Below are positions 17,209-25,661 of a DNA stretch of 32,000 nucleotides, piece after piece. Both the position numbers and the translations under genes were made by a program. The DNA is from Pseudomonas aeruginosa (GTDB lineage: Bacteria > Pseudomonadota > Gammaproteobacteria > Pseudomonadales > Pseudomonadaceae). The notes under the pieces were generated by a model. It saw nothing but the letters and a program-made list of their open reading frames with translations, did no database searches and was not told where the DNA came from. The first letter of the stretch is position 1, and every line of letters begins with the position of its first letter. The DNA lies in contig NZ_LN831024.1 of NCBI RefSeq assembly GCF_001457615.1, positions 570,001-602,000 on the forward strand. Direction: 5' to 3'.

Positions 17209-18039
17209 ATGCTAGCCACCAGCCTGGTGCTATGCGCCGCCGTTCTCCACGCCACCTGGAACACCCTGGTCAAGTTCAGCAGCGACCGCTTGCTGGTCGT
17301 CGCCTGCATGGACGTTGTCGGCGTGCTCTGCGCCATCCTGCTGTTGCCCTTCGTCAGCCTGCCGCCGGCCGAAGTCTGGCCCTGGCTGCTCGGCGCCACC
17401 GTCCTGCAACTGCTCTACCGGGTACTGCTGATCGAGGCCTACAAGGTCGGCGACCTGGGCCTGGTCTATCCGCTGATGCGCGGGCTGTCGCCGCTGGTGG
17501 TGCTGGGCCTGACCCTGGCGTTCGGCGGCGAGCAGCTCAGCGGCCGGCAGATCCTCGGCATCCTGTTGATCCCCTTCGGCATGCTTTGCCTGCTCTGGGG
17601 CGGCGGCGGTTCGCGGCTGCCCTGGCGGACCCTGCCGGTGGTGCTGCTGATCGGCCTGTGCATCGGCGGCTACACCTGGAGCGACGGCAACGCCTTGAAG
17701 CGCTGGCCGTTGGCGCTTGACTACCTGGTCTGGCTGACGCTGCTTTCCGGCCTGCCGTTCCCGCTGATCGCCGTCGGCGCGCGAACCCGCGCCTTCGCCC
17801 GCTTCTGGGCGCTGGAGTGGAAGCTCGGCCTGGCGGTCGGGGTCTGCGTGTTGGCCAGCTACGGCCTGGTGCTGTGGGCCATGCAGCTGGGGTCGATCGC
17901 CGAAGCGGCAGCGTTGCGCGAGACCAGCGTGCTGCTGGCGGTGCTGTTCGGCATGCGCTTCCTCAACGAGCCGTTCGGACTGCCACGCCTGCTGGCGTGC
18001 GGCCTGGTGCTGGCCGGAATGCTGCTGATGAAGCTCTGA
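17209..18039 (+). CDS. DMT-superfamily (EamA-like) 10-TM transporter
   Basis: This is the 3' 276 codons of track ORF 16429..18039, starting MLATSLVLCAAVLHATWNTLVKF. It is uniformly hydrophobic with two EamA-like halves. The upstream part of the ORF overlaps dsbB antisense. Confidence 0.8.
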   Translation: MLATSLVLCAAVLHATWNTLVKFSSDRLLVVACMDVVGVLCAILLLPFVSLPPAEVWPWLLGATVLQLLYRVLLIEAYKVGDLGLVYPLMRGLSPLVVLGLTLAFGGEQLSGRQILGILLIPFGMLCLLWGGGGSRLPWRTLPVVLLIGLCIGGYTWSDGNALKRWPLALDYLVWLTLLSGLPFPLIAVGARTRAFARFWALEWKLGLAVGVCVLASYGLVLWAMQLGSIAEAAALRETSVLLAVLFGMRFLNEPFGLPRLLACGLVLAGMLLMKL

Positions 18040-18108
18040 AGGGGCTGTGCCTTTACAGAACGAGCGGCGCCAGCTTGAGTTGCAGTTCCACAACTACAAG
18101 GAACTGCC

Positions 18109-18495
18109 ATGACCATCGCTTTCTGGTGCGTGCTGATCGCGATCTTCCTGCCTTACGTCTGTACCTCCATCGCCAAGTTCGGCGGGGAGGGCTACGGCGG
18201 TCGGGCCAACGCCGACCCGCGGGCGTTCCTCGGTTCGCTCGAAGGCTTTCGCCGGCGTGCCAACAACGCCCAGTTGAACGCTTTCGAAGTGACCCCGGCG
18301 TTCGCCGCGGCGGTGATCATCGCCCATCTGGTCGGCAACGCTTCGCAGGCGACCCTGGATAGCCTGGCCATTGCCTGGATCACCAGTCGCCTGCTCTACG
18401 TCATCTGCTACCTCGCCGACTGGGGGCCGTTGCGCTCGCTGGTCTGGTTCGTCGGCATGCTGCTCATCGCCGCGTTCTTCGTGGTTTCCGCCTGA
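18109..18495 (+). CDS. MAPEG-family membrane protein
   Basis: 128 aa with 3-4 TM segments and motifs RANNAQLNAFEVTPAF and RLLYVICYLAD, typical of bacterial MAPEG/YecN-like proteins. Confidence 0.7.
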   Translation: MTIAFWCVLIAIFLPYVCTSIAKFGGEGYGGRANADPRAFLGSLEGFRRRANNAQLNAFEVTPAFAAAVIIAHLVGNASQATLDSLAIAWITSRLLYVICYLADWGPLRSLVWFVGMLLIAAFFVVSA

Positions 18496-18499
18496 GCAG

Positions 18500-18528
18500 C
18501 CCGCTGCGGCCTATGGCCGCAGTGCGGG
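18500..18528 (+). terminator. Stem-loop after the MAPEG gene (terminator-like, no U-tract)
   Basis: CCCGCTGCGGCC-tat-GGCCGCAGTGCGGG: a 12-bp stem with one bulge, 5 nt after the stop. Confidence 0.35.
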
Positions 18529-18607
18529 CGCGCGGCTCTGGATCAATCGGCGGTGGCGGCGGATAATCCGCCGCTTCCGTGATCGACCCTGAAAAAAGAG
18601 CCTTGCC

Positions 18608-19066
18608 ATGAAGCTGAAGTCCCTGCTCGTCGTGCTGCTGGCCGGCGTCGCCCTGAGCGGCTGTCACCGTATGGATCCCAATTCGCCCGAGGCCAAGCGC
18701 CAGGCGATCTTCAAGGAAATGCTACGGACCAGCGAGGACATGGGCGGGATGCTCCGCGGACGCCTGCCCTTCGACGCGGAGAAGTTCCGTGCCGGATCGG
18801 CGAAGTTGCACCAACTGGCCGACCAGCCCTGGCAGTACTTCCCCAGTCCCAAGGCCGGCGAGGAGGGCGAGGACACCCGCGCCAAGGACGAGGTCTGGCA
18901 GCGCCAGCAGGAGTTCAAGGCCGCCACCCAGGTCTTCATCGACGCGATGAACCGTCTCCAGGACAACACCCGCCAGGCCACGCCGACCCCGGATGGCGTG
19001 CGCAAGGACTTCGCCGCGGTGGAAGACGCCTGCGAAGCCTGCCACAAGAAATTCCGCGCGCTCTGA
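18608..19066 (+). CDS. Class II cytochrome c (cytochrome c'-like) lipoprotein
   Basis: 152 aa with lipobox LAGVALSGC, a predicted helical-bundle composition, and a heme-binding CEACH motif close to the C-terminus, as in cytochromes c'. Confidence 0.8.
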   Translation: MKLKSLLVVLLAGVALSGCHRMDPNSPEAKRQAIFKEMLRTSEDMGGMLRGRLPFDAEKFRAGSAKLHQLADQPWQYFPSPKAGEEGEDTRAKDEVWQRQQEFKAATQVFIDAMNRLQDNTRQATPTPDGVRKDFAAVEDACEACHKKFRAL

Positions 19067-19076
19067 GGCCGGACCG

Positions 19077-19259
19077 GGCGTTATACGCCGTGCCTGGAAG
19101 GCGCGAGGGGTAGGGCGAATGAGCGCTGGCGCTCATCCGCCGTTGCGGCAGCGCTGGGCGGCACCTGGTGTCCCGCTGCGGCGCGGATGGCGGATAACAC
19201 CATGGGCGTCATACGCCTTGCGTGGGAGGCGCGAGGCGTAGGGCGGTACCTGGTGTCCT
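19077..19259. repeat. REP-like intergenic repeat cluster (two 41-nt units plus a palindromic insert)
   Basis: Unit A (19077-19117) and unit B (19205-19245) are 36/41 identical. Each is followed by GyACCTGGTGTCCy (19161-19174 and 19246-19259). Unit A carries an extra 43 nt containing a 13-bp imperfect palindrome. Confidence 0.7.
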
Positions 19260-19677
19260 ACTGCGCCTGGGCCTGTTCCAGGCCTTTCTTGGCCTCTTCC
19301 AGTTCGGCGCGGGCCTCGGCCAGCTTGGCCTTGCGTTTCTCGATCTTCTCCGGATCGCCCTTGCCCATGGCCTTGCGCAAATCCTTCTCGCGTTCGCTGA
19401 CCTCGCGCTCGCTGTCGATCACCTTCTGCTTGTTCTCCCTCAGCAGGCCGGCTTCGGTGCAGTGTTCCTTGACCTCGGAGAGGGCCTTTTCCAAGCCGGC
19501 CACCTGGCCTTCGTTGGCGAACGAGCGGGCCGTTTCCAGCTTCGCCTCGATGGCGGCCTGCTTGGCGGCGCAACCGCTGAGTGGGGCGCCTTTGGCGGCG
19601 CCCGGCTGGGCGGCAGAGAGCGGCAGGGCGACGGCGAGCAGCAGCCCGGCCAGCGGCAGTGAAGGACGAATGGACAT
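19258..19677 (-). CDS. DUF1090-like periplasmic coiled-coil protein
   Basis: The start at MSIRPSLPLAGLLLAVALPLSAA has AAGGAG upstream (track ORF extends to 19881). It has a signal peptide followed by a K/E-rich helical region (EKRKAKLAEARAELEEAKKGLE). Confidence 0.75.
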   Translation of the reverse strand: MSIRPSLPLAGLLLAVALPLSAAQPGAAKGAPLSGCAAKQAAIEAKLETARSFANEGQVAGLEKALSEVKEHCTEAGLLRENKQKVIDSEREVSEREKDLRKAMGKGDPEKIEKRKAKLAEARAELEEAKKGLEQAQAQ

Positions 19678-19926
19678 CGGTTGGCTCCTTGATCGAACGG
19701 CCGGTGCGGTTGCCGGACGACGGCTCGGCCGAGCGTCCTGGCAGGCGGATGAGGCAGGCGGCAGCCGGCGTGACAAAGGCGCAAGTGTGCCAGCAAACGG
19801 CACGGTTGTGGTTGTCCGGGAGCAAAGTACGCCGCCCCGGGGTCTCTGGAGAAGGGCCATGGTTCGGGCATTCCGGCGCAACCCGGCCTAACGTTGTCCG
19901 AAGACGCCGAGAACGGGAGAACCGCG

Positions 19927-20895
19927 ATGCGTACGCTGATCCGCCTGGTTCGCACGCTTATCCTGCTGCTGGTCCTGGCGCTGCTCGCCGGCGCCTGGTG
20001 GTGGCTGCAGGACGAGGCCCTGCGCCCCCCCGCGCTGGCCGGCCACAGCGAGGACTCGAGCCTGAAGGTCGCGGGCCTGCGCCGGCATTACCTGCTCTAC
20101 GTGCCGCCGGGCGTGTCCGAGGGAGCGCCGTTGCTGGTGGTGCTGCACGGCTCACGGGGCGACGGCGCGCAGATGCGCCGCATCAGCGGCTACGGCTTCG
20201 ACCGGCTGGCGGCGCAAGAAGGTTTCCTGGTGGCCTACCCGGACGGCTTCGAGGGCCACTGGAACGATTGCCGCAAGGCCGCCAGCTATTCGGCGCGGCT
20301 GCGTGACGTCGATGACGTGGCTTTCCTCCGCGCGCTGGTGGCGCGGCTGGCCCAGGAATACCGCGTCGATTCGCAGCGGGTATATGTCGCCGGCTACTCC
20401 AATGGCGGCCAGATGGCTTTCCGCCTGGCCGCCGAAGCGCCGGGGTTGCCGGCGGCGATCGCAGCGGTGGCGGCGAGCCTGCCGACCACGGGGAACGATG
20501 CCTGTCGGCCGGTCGAGCGGCCGACCGCGGCGTTGCTGATCAACGGCACGCGCGATCCGATCAATCCCTATCTCGGCGGCAAGGTCAGCCTGTTCGGCTT
20601 CGGCGACCGGGGCGCGGTACGCTCGACCCTGGACTCGGCACGCTGGTGGGCCGGCCTGAACGGCATCGCAGCGCCGCCGGACGTGGCGCCGCTGACCCGT
20701 CCCGGCCCGGTCTGGACCGAGCGCCAGCGCTGGCAGGAAGACGGCCATCCGCCGGTGGAGCTGCTCAGCGTGCATGGCGGCGGCCACGTGCTGGCGCAGC
20801 CGGACTATCGCTTCCCGCGGATTCTCGGCAAGAGCGACCCGGAACTGGACGCGCCAGTGGAAATCTGGCGCTTCTTCAGCCAGTTGCCGCGCTGA
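19927..20895 (+). CDS. Alpha/beta-hydrolase esterase (PHB-depolymerase/LpqC-like family)
   Basis: The ATG at 19927 has GGGAGA upstream. It has an N-terminal TM/signal segment, an LVVLHGS motif and the nucleophile elbow AGYSNGG. Confidence 0.75.
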   Translation: MRTLIRLVRTLILLLVLALLAGAWWWLQDEALRPPALAGHSEDSSLKVAGLRRHYLLYVPPGVSEGAPLLVVLHGSRGDGAQMRRISGYGFDRLAAQEGFLVAYPDGFEGHWNDCRKAASYSARLRDVDDVAFLRALVARLAQEYRVDSQRVYVAGYSNGGQMAFRLAAEAPGLPAAIAAVAASLPTTGNDACRPVERPTAALLINGTRDPINPYLGGKVSLFGFGDRGAVRSTLDSARWWAGLNGIAAPPDVAPLTRPGPVWTERQRWQEDGHPPVELLSVHGGGHVLAQPDYRFPRILGKSDPELDAPVEIWRFFSQLPR

Positions 20896-20898
20896 GGC

Positions 20899-21642
20899 TC
20901 AGACCTCGAAGACGAATTCCGGACGGAACCCGCCTTTCTCGTGGGGATAGCCGCCCGGATTGGCCAGCACCCGTGCCCGGCCGATGCGGTAGTCGAGGGC
21001 GTCGTGGACGTGACCGTGCAGCCAGTAGTCGGCCTGCGCCACCAGTTCGTCGAGGTTGGAAGCGAAGGCTGGCGACAGTGGGTTGCCGACGAACTGCGGC
21101 GGGATCGACAGCGCACTGGGCGCGTGGTGGCTGACCACCAGCGTCGGGCCGTCGTGGGGCCGCGCCAGCTGTTCGGCGAGCCAGTCGCGCGAGGCCTGGT
21201 GCCGGGCGATGCTCTGCTCGGGGGTGAAGTCGCCACCGAACCAGTCGATGCAGCTGAAGTCCGGCATCGATTGCAGGGCCAGCTCATGGGCGGGTGCATA
21301 GCCGTCCGCGCCATAGAGCTGGAAGTCGGTCCACAGGGTGGCGCCGAGGAAGCGCGCCGGGCCGATCCGCACTTCGTCGTTTTCCAGGAAGTGGATCTCC
21401 AGCGCCCGGGCGATATTGCGCATCGCCTGGGTCAGGTCGGTCATTTCCGAGGAGTAGAACTCATGGTTGCCGGCGACGTAGACGATCTCGCTGTCGGCGA
21501 AGGTCTCGCGGGCCCAGTGCAGGCCTTCCAGGTGGCTGTGGATATCGCCGGCCAGCACCACCACGTCGGCCTCGACCTCTGGCAGTTGGCGTCGCCCGTC
21601 GAAATGTTCGTGGTGGAGGTCGGACAGCAGGCGGATCTTCAT
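20899..21642 (-). CDS. Calcineurin-like metallophosphoesterase
   Basis: 247 aa with the canonical motifs LSDLHHE, LAGDIH, GNHEFY, VVSHHAP and HGHVH. Confidence 0.85.
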   Translation of the reverse strand: MKIRLLSDLHHEHFDGRRQLPEVEADVVVLAGDIHSHLEGLHWARETFADSEIVYVAGNHEFYSSEMTDLTQAMRNIARALEIHFLENDEVRIGPARFLGATLWTDFQLYGADGYAPAHELALQSMPDFSCIDWFGGDFTPEQSIARHQASRDWLAEQLARPHDGPTLVVSHHAPSALSIPPQFVGNPLSPAFASNLDELVAQADYWLHGHVHDALDYRIGRARVLANPGGYPHEKGGFRPEFVFEV

Positions 21643-21846
21643 GGCACGGCTCGGCGGTAGGCGCGGCGGACCAGCATAGCTCCGCCCACCCCGGGGTTGA
21701 AGGCCGACAACGATTGACGCAGGTCATGGCTGTGCGGGAAAACCTCGCTGGCCTCGCTAATTCCCCCATGAAGTTAAGGGACAATTAAGACTGGACGCGC
21801 AGGGTTCATTCCAGCGATTCGCGCGTTCTGTCTGGGAGTGGTGCCA

Positions 21847-23151
21847 ATGAAACTGTTATGGGGAGTTCTCGCCGCCGCGCTGGCGGCCTGGGGCCTGACG
21901 CTGGCCGTCGATCCGCCGGCGAGCCTGGACATCTGGGTGGTGCGCAAGCAGGCGATCCTGCTTACCGGGGTAGCGTCCTTCGCCCTGATGTCGTTGATCA
22001 TGCTGCTGGCGGTGCGTCCGGTCTGGCTGGAGAAGCCGCTGGACGGGCTCGACCGCATGTACCGCCTGCACAAGTGGGCGGGCATCCTGGCCATCGTCCT
22101 CGGCCTGTTGCACTACCTGCTGGAGTTGGCCGGCCCCTGGCTGGCGGGTATCGTCGGCAAACCGGTGAAAGGCCCGCGGGTGGAAACCTTCCTCGATGTC
22201 TTCCGTGGCTCGGCCAAGGAGTTGGGTGAATGGTCGGCGTGGATTCTCGGCGGGATGCTGCTGATCACTCTCTGGCAGCGCTTCCCGTATCACCTCTGGC
22301 GTTATGTGCACAAGGCGTTGGCCCTGGTCTACCTGGTACTGGCCTTCCATTCCGTGGTGCTCGCCCCGGCCAGCTACTGGAGCCAGCCGGCCGGCTGGCT
22401 GGTGGCGGCCTGCGCACTGCTCGGTTCGGCCTGCGCACTGTTGTCTCTGAGCGGGCGGATCGGTCGCACGCGTCGCCATGCGGGCGTGGTCACCGCCGTC
22501 GAGCGGCACGGCGAAAGCCTGCTCGAGGTGACCTGCCGGCTGCAGGGCGACTGGTCGCACAGGGCCGGGCAGTTCGCCTTTCTCACCTGCGACCGCCTGG
22601 AGGGTGCCCATCCGTTCACCATCGCCAGCGCCGACCGCGGCTGCGGCGAGGTGCGCTTCAGCATCAAGGCGTTGGGCGACTACACCCGGCGCCTGCAGGA
22701 CAACCTGGAGGTCGGCGCCAGGGTCGAGGTGGAGGGGCCATACGGCTGCTTCGACTTCCGCCGTGGCCTGGCCGGGCGGCAGGTCTGGGTCGCCGCCGGG
22801 ATCGGCGTGACGCCGTTCATCGCCTGGCTGGAGTCGCTGCAGGCCGTGCCGGAAAGCGCGCCATCGGTGGAGCTGCACTATTGCGTGCGCAATTCCCAGG
22901 AAGCGCTGTTCGCCGGGCGCTTGCGCGAGCTTTGCGAACACCTGCCCAGCGTGACCCTGCACATCCGCTATAGCGACGAGCAGGGCAAGCCGCAGGCGGC
23001 GCAACTGGGCGTGCTGAAGAGCGCCGAAGGACGCTGGCCGAGCGTCTGGTTCTGCGGTCCGCAGGGGCTGGCCGACAGCCTGCGCCGCGATCTGCGCCGG
23101 CAGGGCGTGCCGCTGCGGCTGTTCCACCAGGAAGCCTTCCGCATGCGCTGA
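21847..23151 (+). CDS. Ferric-reductase-domain flavocytochrome (bacterial NOX-like: 6 TM, FAD and NAD(P)H domains)
   Basis: The ATG at 21847 has GGGAG 9 nt upstream. Bis-His spacings H-x13-H (HKWAGILAIVLGLLH) and H-x12-H (HKALALVYLVLAFH) occur in TM helices. HPFTIAS is the FAD motif and VAAGIGVTPF the NAD(P)H motif. Confidence 0.85.
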   Translation: MKLLWGVLAAALAAWGLTLAVDPPASLDIWVVRKQAILLTGVASFALMSLIMLLAVRPVWLEKPLDGLDRMYRLHKWAGILAIVLGLLHYLLELAGPWLAGIVGKPVKGPRVETFLDVFRGSAKELGEWSAWILGGMLLITLWQRFPYHLWRYVHKALALVYLVLAFHSVVLAPASYWSQPAGWLVAACALLGSACALLSLSGRIGRTRRHAGVVTAVERHGESLLEVTCRLQGDWSHRAGQFAFLTCDRLEGAHPFTIASADRGCGEVRFSIKALGDYTRRLQDNLEVGARVEVEGPYGCFDFRRGLAGRQVWVAAGIGVTPFIAWLESLQAVPESAPSVELHYCVRNSQEALFAGRLRELCEHLPSVTLHIRYSDEQGKPQAAQLGVLKSAEGRWPSVWFCGPQGLADSLRRDLRRQGVPLRLFHQEAFRMR

Positions 23152-23165
23152 GCCTGCCGGAAACG

Positions 23166-23193
23166 AAAAAGCCCCGCCGAAGCGGGGCTTTTT
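23166..23193. terminator. Bidirectional intrinsic terminator (NOX-like gene / metK)
   Basis: AAAAAGCCCCGC-cgaa-GCGGGGCTTTTT lies between convergent stops. Confidence 0.9.
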
Positions 23194-23207
23194 CATCGCG
23201 CGGTCGC

Positions 23208-24398
23208 TCAGAGGCCGGCGGCATCGCGCAGGAGAGCGGCCTTGTCGGTCTTCTCCCAGGTGAACGCGGTGAAGGTATCGCCGTCCACGGTCAGCTCGAA
23301 CGGATGACGACCGAAGTGGCCGTAGGCCGCGGTCGGCTGGTACATCGGGTGGAGCAGGTCGAGCATCTTGGTGATCGCGTACGGGCGCAGGTCGAAGTGC
23401 TCGCGGACCAGTTGTACGATCTTCTCGTCGCTGACCTTGCCGGTGCCGAAGGTGTTGATCGAGATCGAGGTCGGCTGGGCCACGCCGATGGCATAGGAAA
23501 CCTGGATCTCGCAACGCTCGGCGAGGCCGGCGGCGACGATGTTCTTCGCCACGTAGCGGCCGGCGTAGGCGGCGGAGCGGTCGACCTTGGACGGGTCCTT
23601 GCCGGAGAACGCGCCGCCGCCGTGGCGGGCCATGCCGCCGTAGGAGTCGACGATGATCTTGCGTCCGGTCAGGCCGCAGTCGCCGACCGGGCCGCCGATC
23701 ACGAAGTTGCCGGTCGGGTTGATGTGGAACTGGGTGTCCTTGTGCAGCAGCTCGGCCGGCAGCACCTGCTTGATGATCAGCTCCATCACGCCGTCGCGCA
23801 GGTCGTTATAGGAGACTTCCGGGTTGTGCTGGGTGGACAGCACCACCGCATCGATGCCGACCACCTTGCCGCCTTCGTAGCGGCAGGTCACCTGGGACTT
23901 GGCGTCCGGGCGCAGCCATGGCAGCAGGCCGGACTTGCGCGCCTCGGCCTGGCGCTCGACCAGGCGGTGGGAGAAGCAGATCGGCGCCGGCATCAGCACG
24001 TCGGTCTCGTTGCTGGCGTAGCCGAACATCAGGCCCTGGTCGCCGGCGCCCTGGTCTTCCGGCTTGGCCCGGTCGACGCCCTGGTTGATGTCCACCGACT
24101 GCTTGCCGATGATGTTCAGCACGCCGCAGGTGGCACCATCGAAGCCGACGTCGGAGCTGTCGTAGCCGATGTCGATGATGACCTTGCGCACCAGCTCTTC
24201 CAGGTCGACCCAGGCGGAGGTGGTGACTTCACCGGCGATGATCGCCACGCCGGTCTTGACCAGGGTTTCGCATGCCACGCGAGCGTACTTGTCCTTGGCG
24301 ATGATGGCGTCCAGCACCGCGTCGGAGATCTGGTCCGCGATCTTGTCCGGATGGCCTTCGGACACGGACTCGGAGGTGAAAACGGAATATTCGCTCAT
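23208..24398 (-). CDS. metK: S-adenosylmethionine synthetase
   Basis: [26 protein letters not shown]..., [31 protein letters not shown]. The ATG at 24398 has AGGA upstream; the track's first codon is a TTG at 24401. Confidence 0.97.
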
Positions 24399-24413
24399 CA
24401 ATCGGTTCCTACA

Positions 24414-25415
24414 TTACCGGTGGGTGAGGCGGCTTTCGGATGCATCCCTGGCGAAGTGCCGGACCTGGATCTGGAAGCCATTGCGTAAACCAATGTAAAG
24501 ACTCTCGCCGGGCGTGAGCCCTGCGGCGTCGGCCCACTGGGCCAGGTCCTCCTGTTCGAAACCCAACCAGAGGTCGCCGCAGGCCTCCCTGGCCCAGCCC
24601 TGGTTGTGCCGGCACAAGTCCGTCACCAGCAGGCTGCCGCCCGGATGGACCAGGCGGGCCAACTGTTTCAGCGCCTCCGCCGGCGCGGCGAAGTGGTGCA
24701 GGACCATGTTCAGCACCACGCAATCGGCCGGTTCGGCGGCGTCCTGCAGGGCATCGGCCAATTCCAGGCGGACGTTGCCCAATCCTTCTTCCTTGCAGCG
24801 CTGGCGCGCCAGTTCCAGCATCGCCGCGCTGTTGTCCAGCGCCGTGACCTGGCGGAAACGCCTGGCGAGTTCCGGCAGGAATCCGCCGTCCCCCGGGCCG
24901 ACCTCCAGCGCCGTGGCGCCGGGGGCGAAGGCCAGTGCGTCGAGCAAGGCCAACACGCTCTCACGGTATTGCGGCAGTCCTGCGATCAGGTCCTGCTGGG
25001 CCTGGAACTTGTCCGCCGCGCGGGCGAAGAAGTCCTGGCTGACCGCCGCGCGCTGGGCGTGCACGGCATCGATCCGCGCCCGCACGTCGTCGGGTAGCGC
25101 CCGTTCGTCCACTTCCTCCAGCAGCGCCGCGTGCAGCGCGCCGCCGGTGCGTTCGGCCAGGGGCAGCGAACGTCGGTAGAAGATCGCGTTGCCCTCGCGG
25201 CGCGTCGCCACCAGCCCGGCCTGGGCCAGCACCTTGAGGTGGTGGCTCATGCCCGACTGGCCGATGGCGAAGATCTGCGCCAGCTCCAGCACGCCGAACG
25301 AATCGTTGGCCAGGGCGCGCAACACATTCAGTCGCAGCGAGTCGCCAGCCGCCTTGCACAGCGCGGCGAGCGGGTCGTAGTCGTCTGGTCGTATCGAAGG
25401 CACGCGAAGGCTCAT
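24414..25415 (-). CDS. ArsR-type HTH fused to a SAM-dependent methyltransferase fold (SahR-like regulator)
   Basis: 333 aa with an N-terminal ArsR wHTH (LRLNVLRALANDSFGVLELAQIFAIGQSGMSHHLKVLAQAGLV) and a C-terminal class-I MTase motif (ALEVGPGDGGF). Its stop lies 15 nt upstream of the metK ATG. Confidence 0.85.
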   Translation of the reverse strand: MSLRVPSIRPDDYDPLAALCKAAGDSLRLNVLRALANDSFGVLELAQIFAIGQSGMSHHLKVLAQAGLVATRREGNAIFYRRSLPLAERTGGALHAALLEEVDERALPDDVRARIDAVHAQRAAVSQDFFARAADKFQAQQDLIAGLPQYRESVLALLDALAFAPGATALEVGPGDGGFLPELARRFRQVTALDNSAAMLELARQRCKEEGLGNVRLELADALQDAAEPADCVVLNMVLHHFAAPAEALKQLARLVHPGGSLLVTDLCRHNQGWAREACGDLWLGFEQEDLAQWADAAGLTPGESLYIGLRNGFQIQVRHFARDASESRLTHR

Positions 25416-25458
25416 GGAGGCGCAGTCTAGTACCGGGTCCGAACCCCGGCAATGCCTG

Positions 25459-25476
25459 TATCAAAAATTTTTGATA
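25459..25476. promoter_or_regulatory. 18-bp perfect palindrome (candidate SahR-type operator)
   Basis: TATCAAAAATTTTTGATA lies 44 bp upstream of the ArsR-MTase ATG, in the spacer shared with tktA. Confidence 0.55.
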
Positions 25477-25594
25477 TTGATGACGGGTGGCCGTCGCGCA
25501 ATTGCAATCCGGCTGCGCCAGGCTTCTGGCAAAACCGGTCGGCAGCGACATACTGTCCCCCTGCCGATCTGTCATTGCCCCTTGGGCCTTCGGT

Positions 25595-25618
25595 GGGCGA
25601 AAATGGCGCCCTTTTTTT
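25595..25618 (+). terminator. Terminator-like hairpin with T7 inside the tktA upstream region
   Basis: GGGCG-aaaatgg-CGCCC followed by TTTTTTT (25612-25618), ending 43 nt before the tktA ATG. Confidence 0.4.
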
Positions 25619-25661
25619 CACTCCTGGTCTTCCGACCAGCAACCCCCGTAGGAGAATTGCG

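Noticed and set aside
24399-24413. SAM riboswitch upstream of metK
   Set aside because: Only 15 nt separate metK from the upstream regulator's stop, which leaves no room for an aptamer. Regulation is more likely protein-based.
25471-25484. TTGATATTGATGAC as an FNR/ANR box
   Set aside because: The second half-site matches only 3 of 5 positions. The first half belongs to the 18-bp palindrome, which has the opposite half-site orientation (ATCAA...TTGAT).
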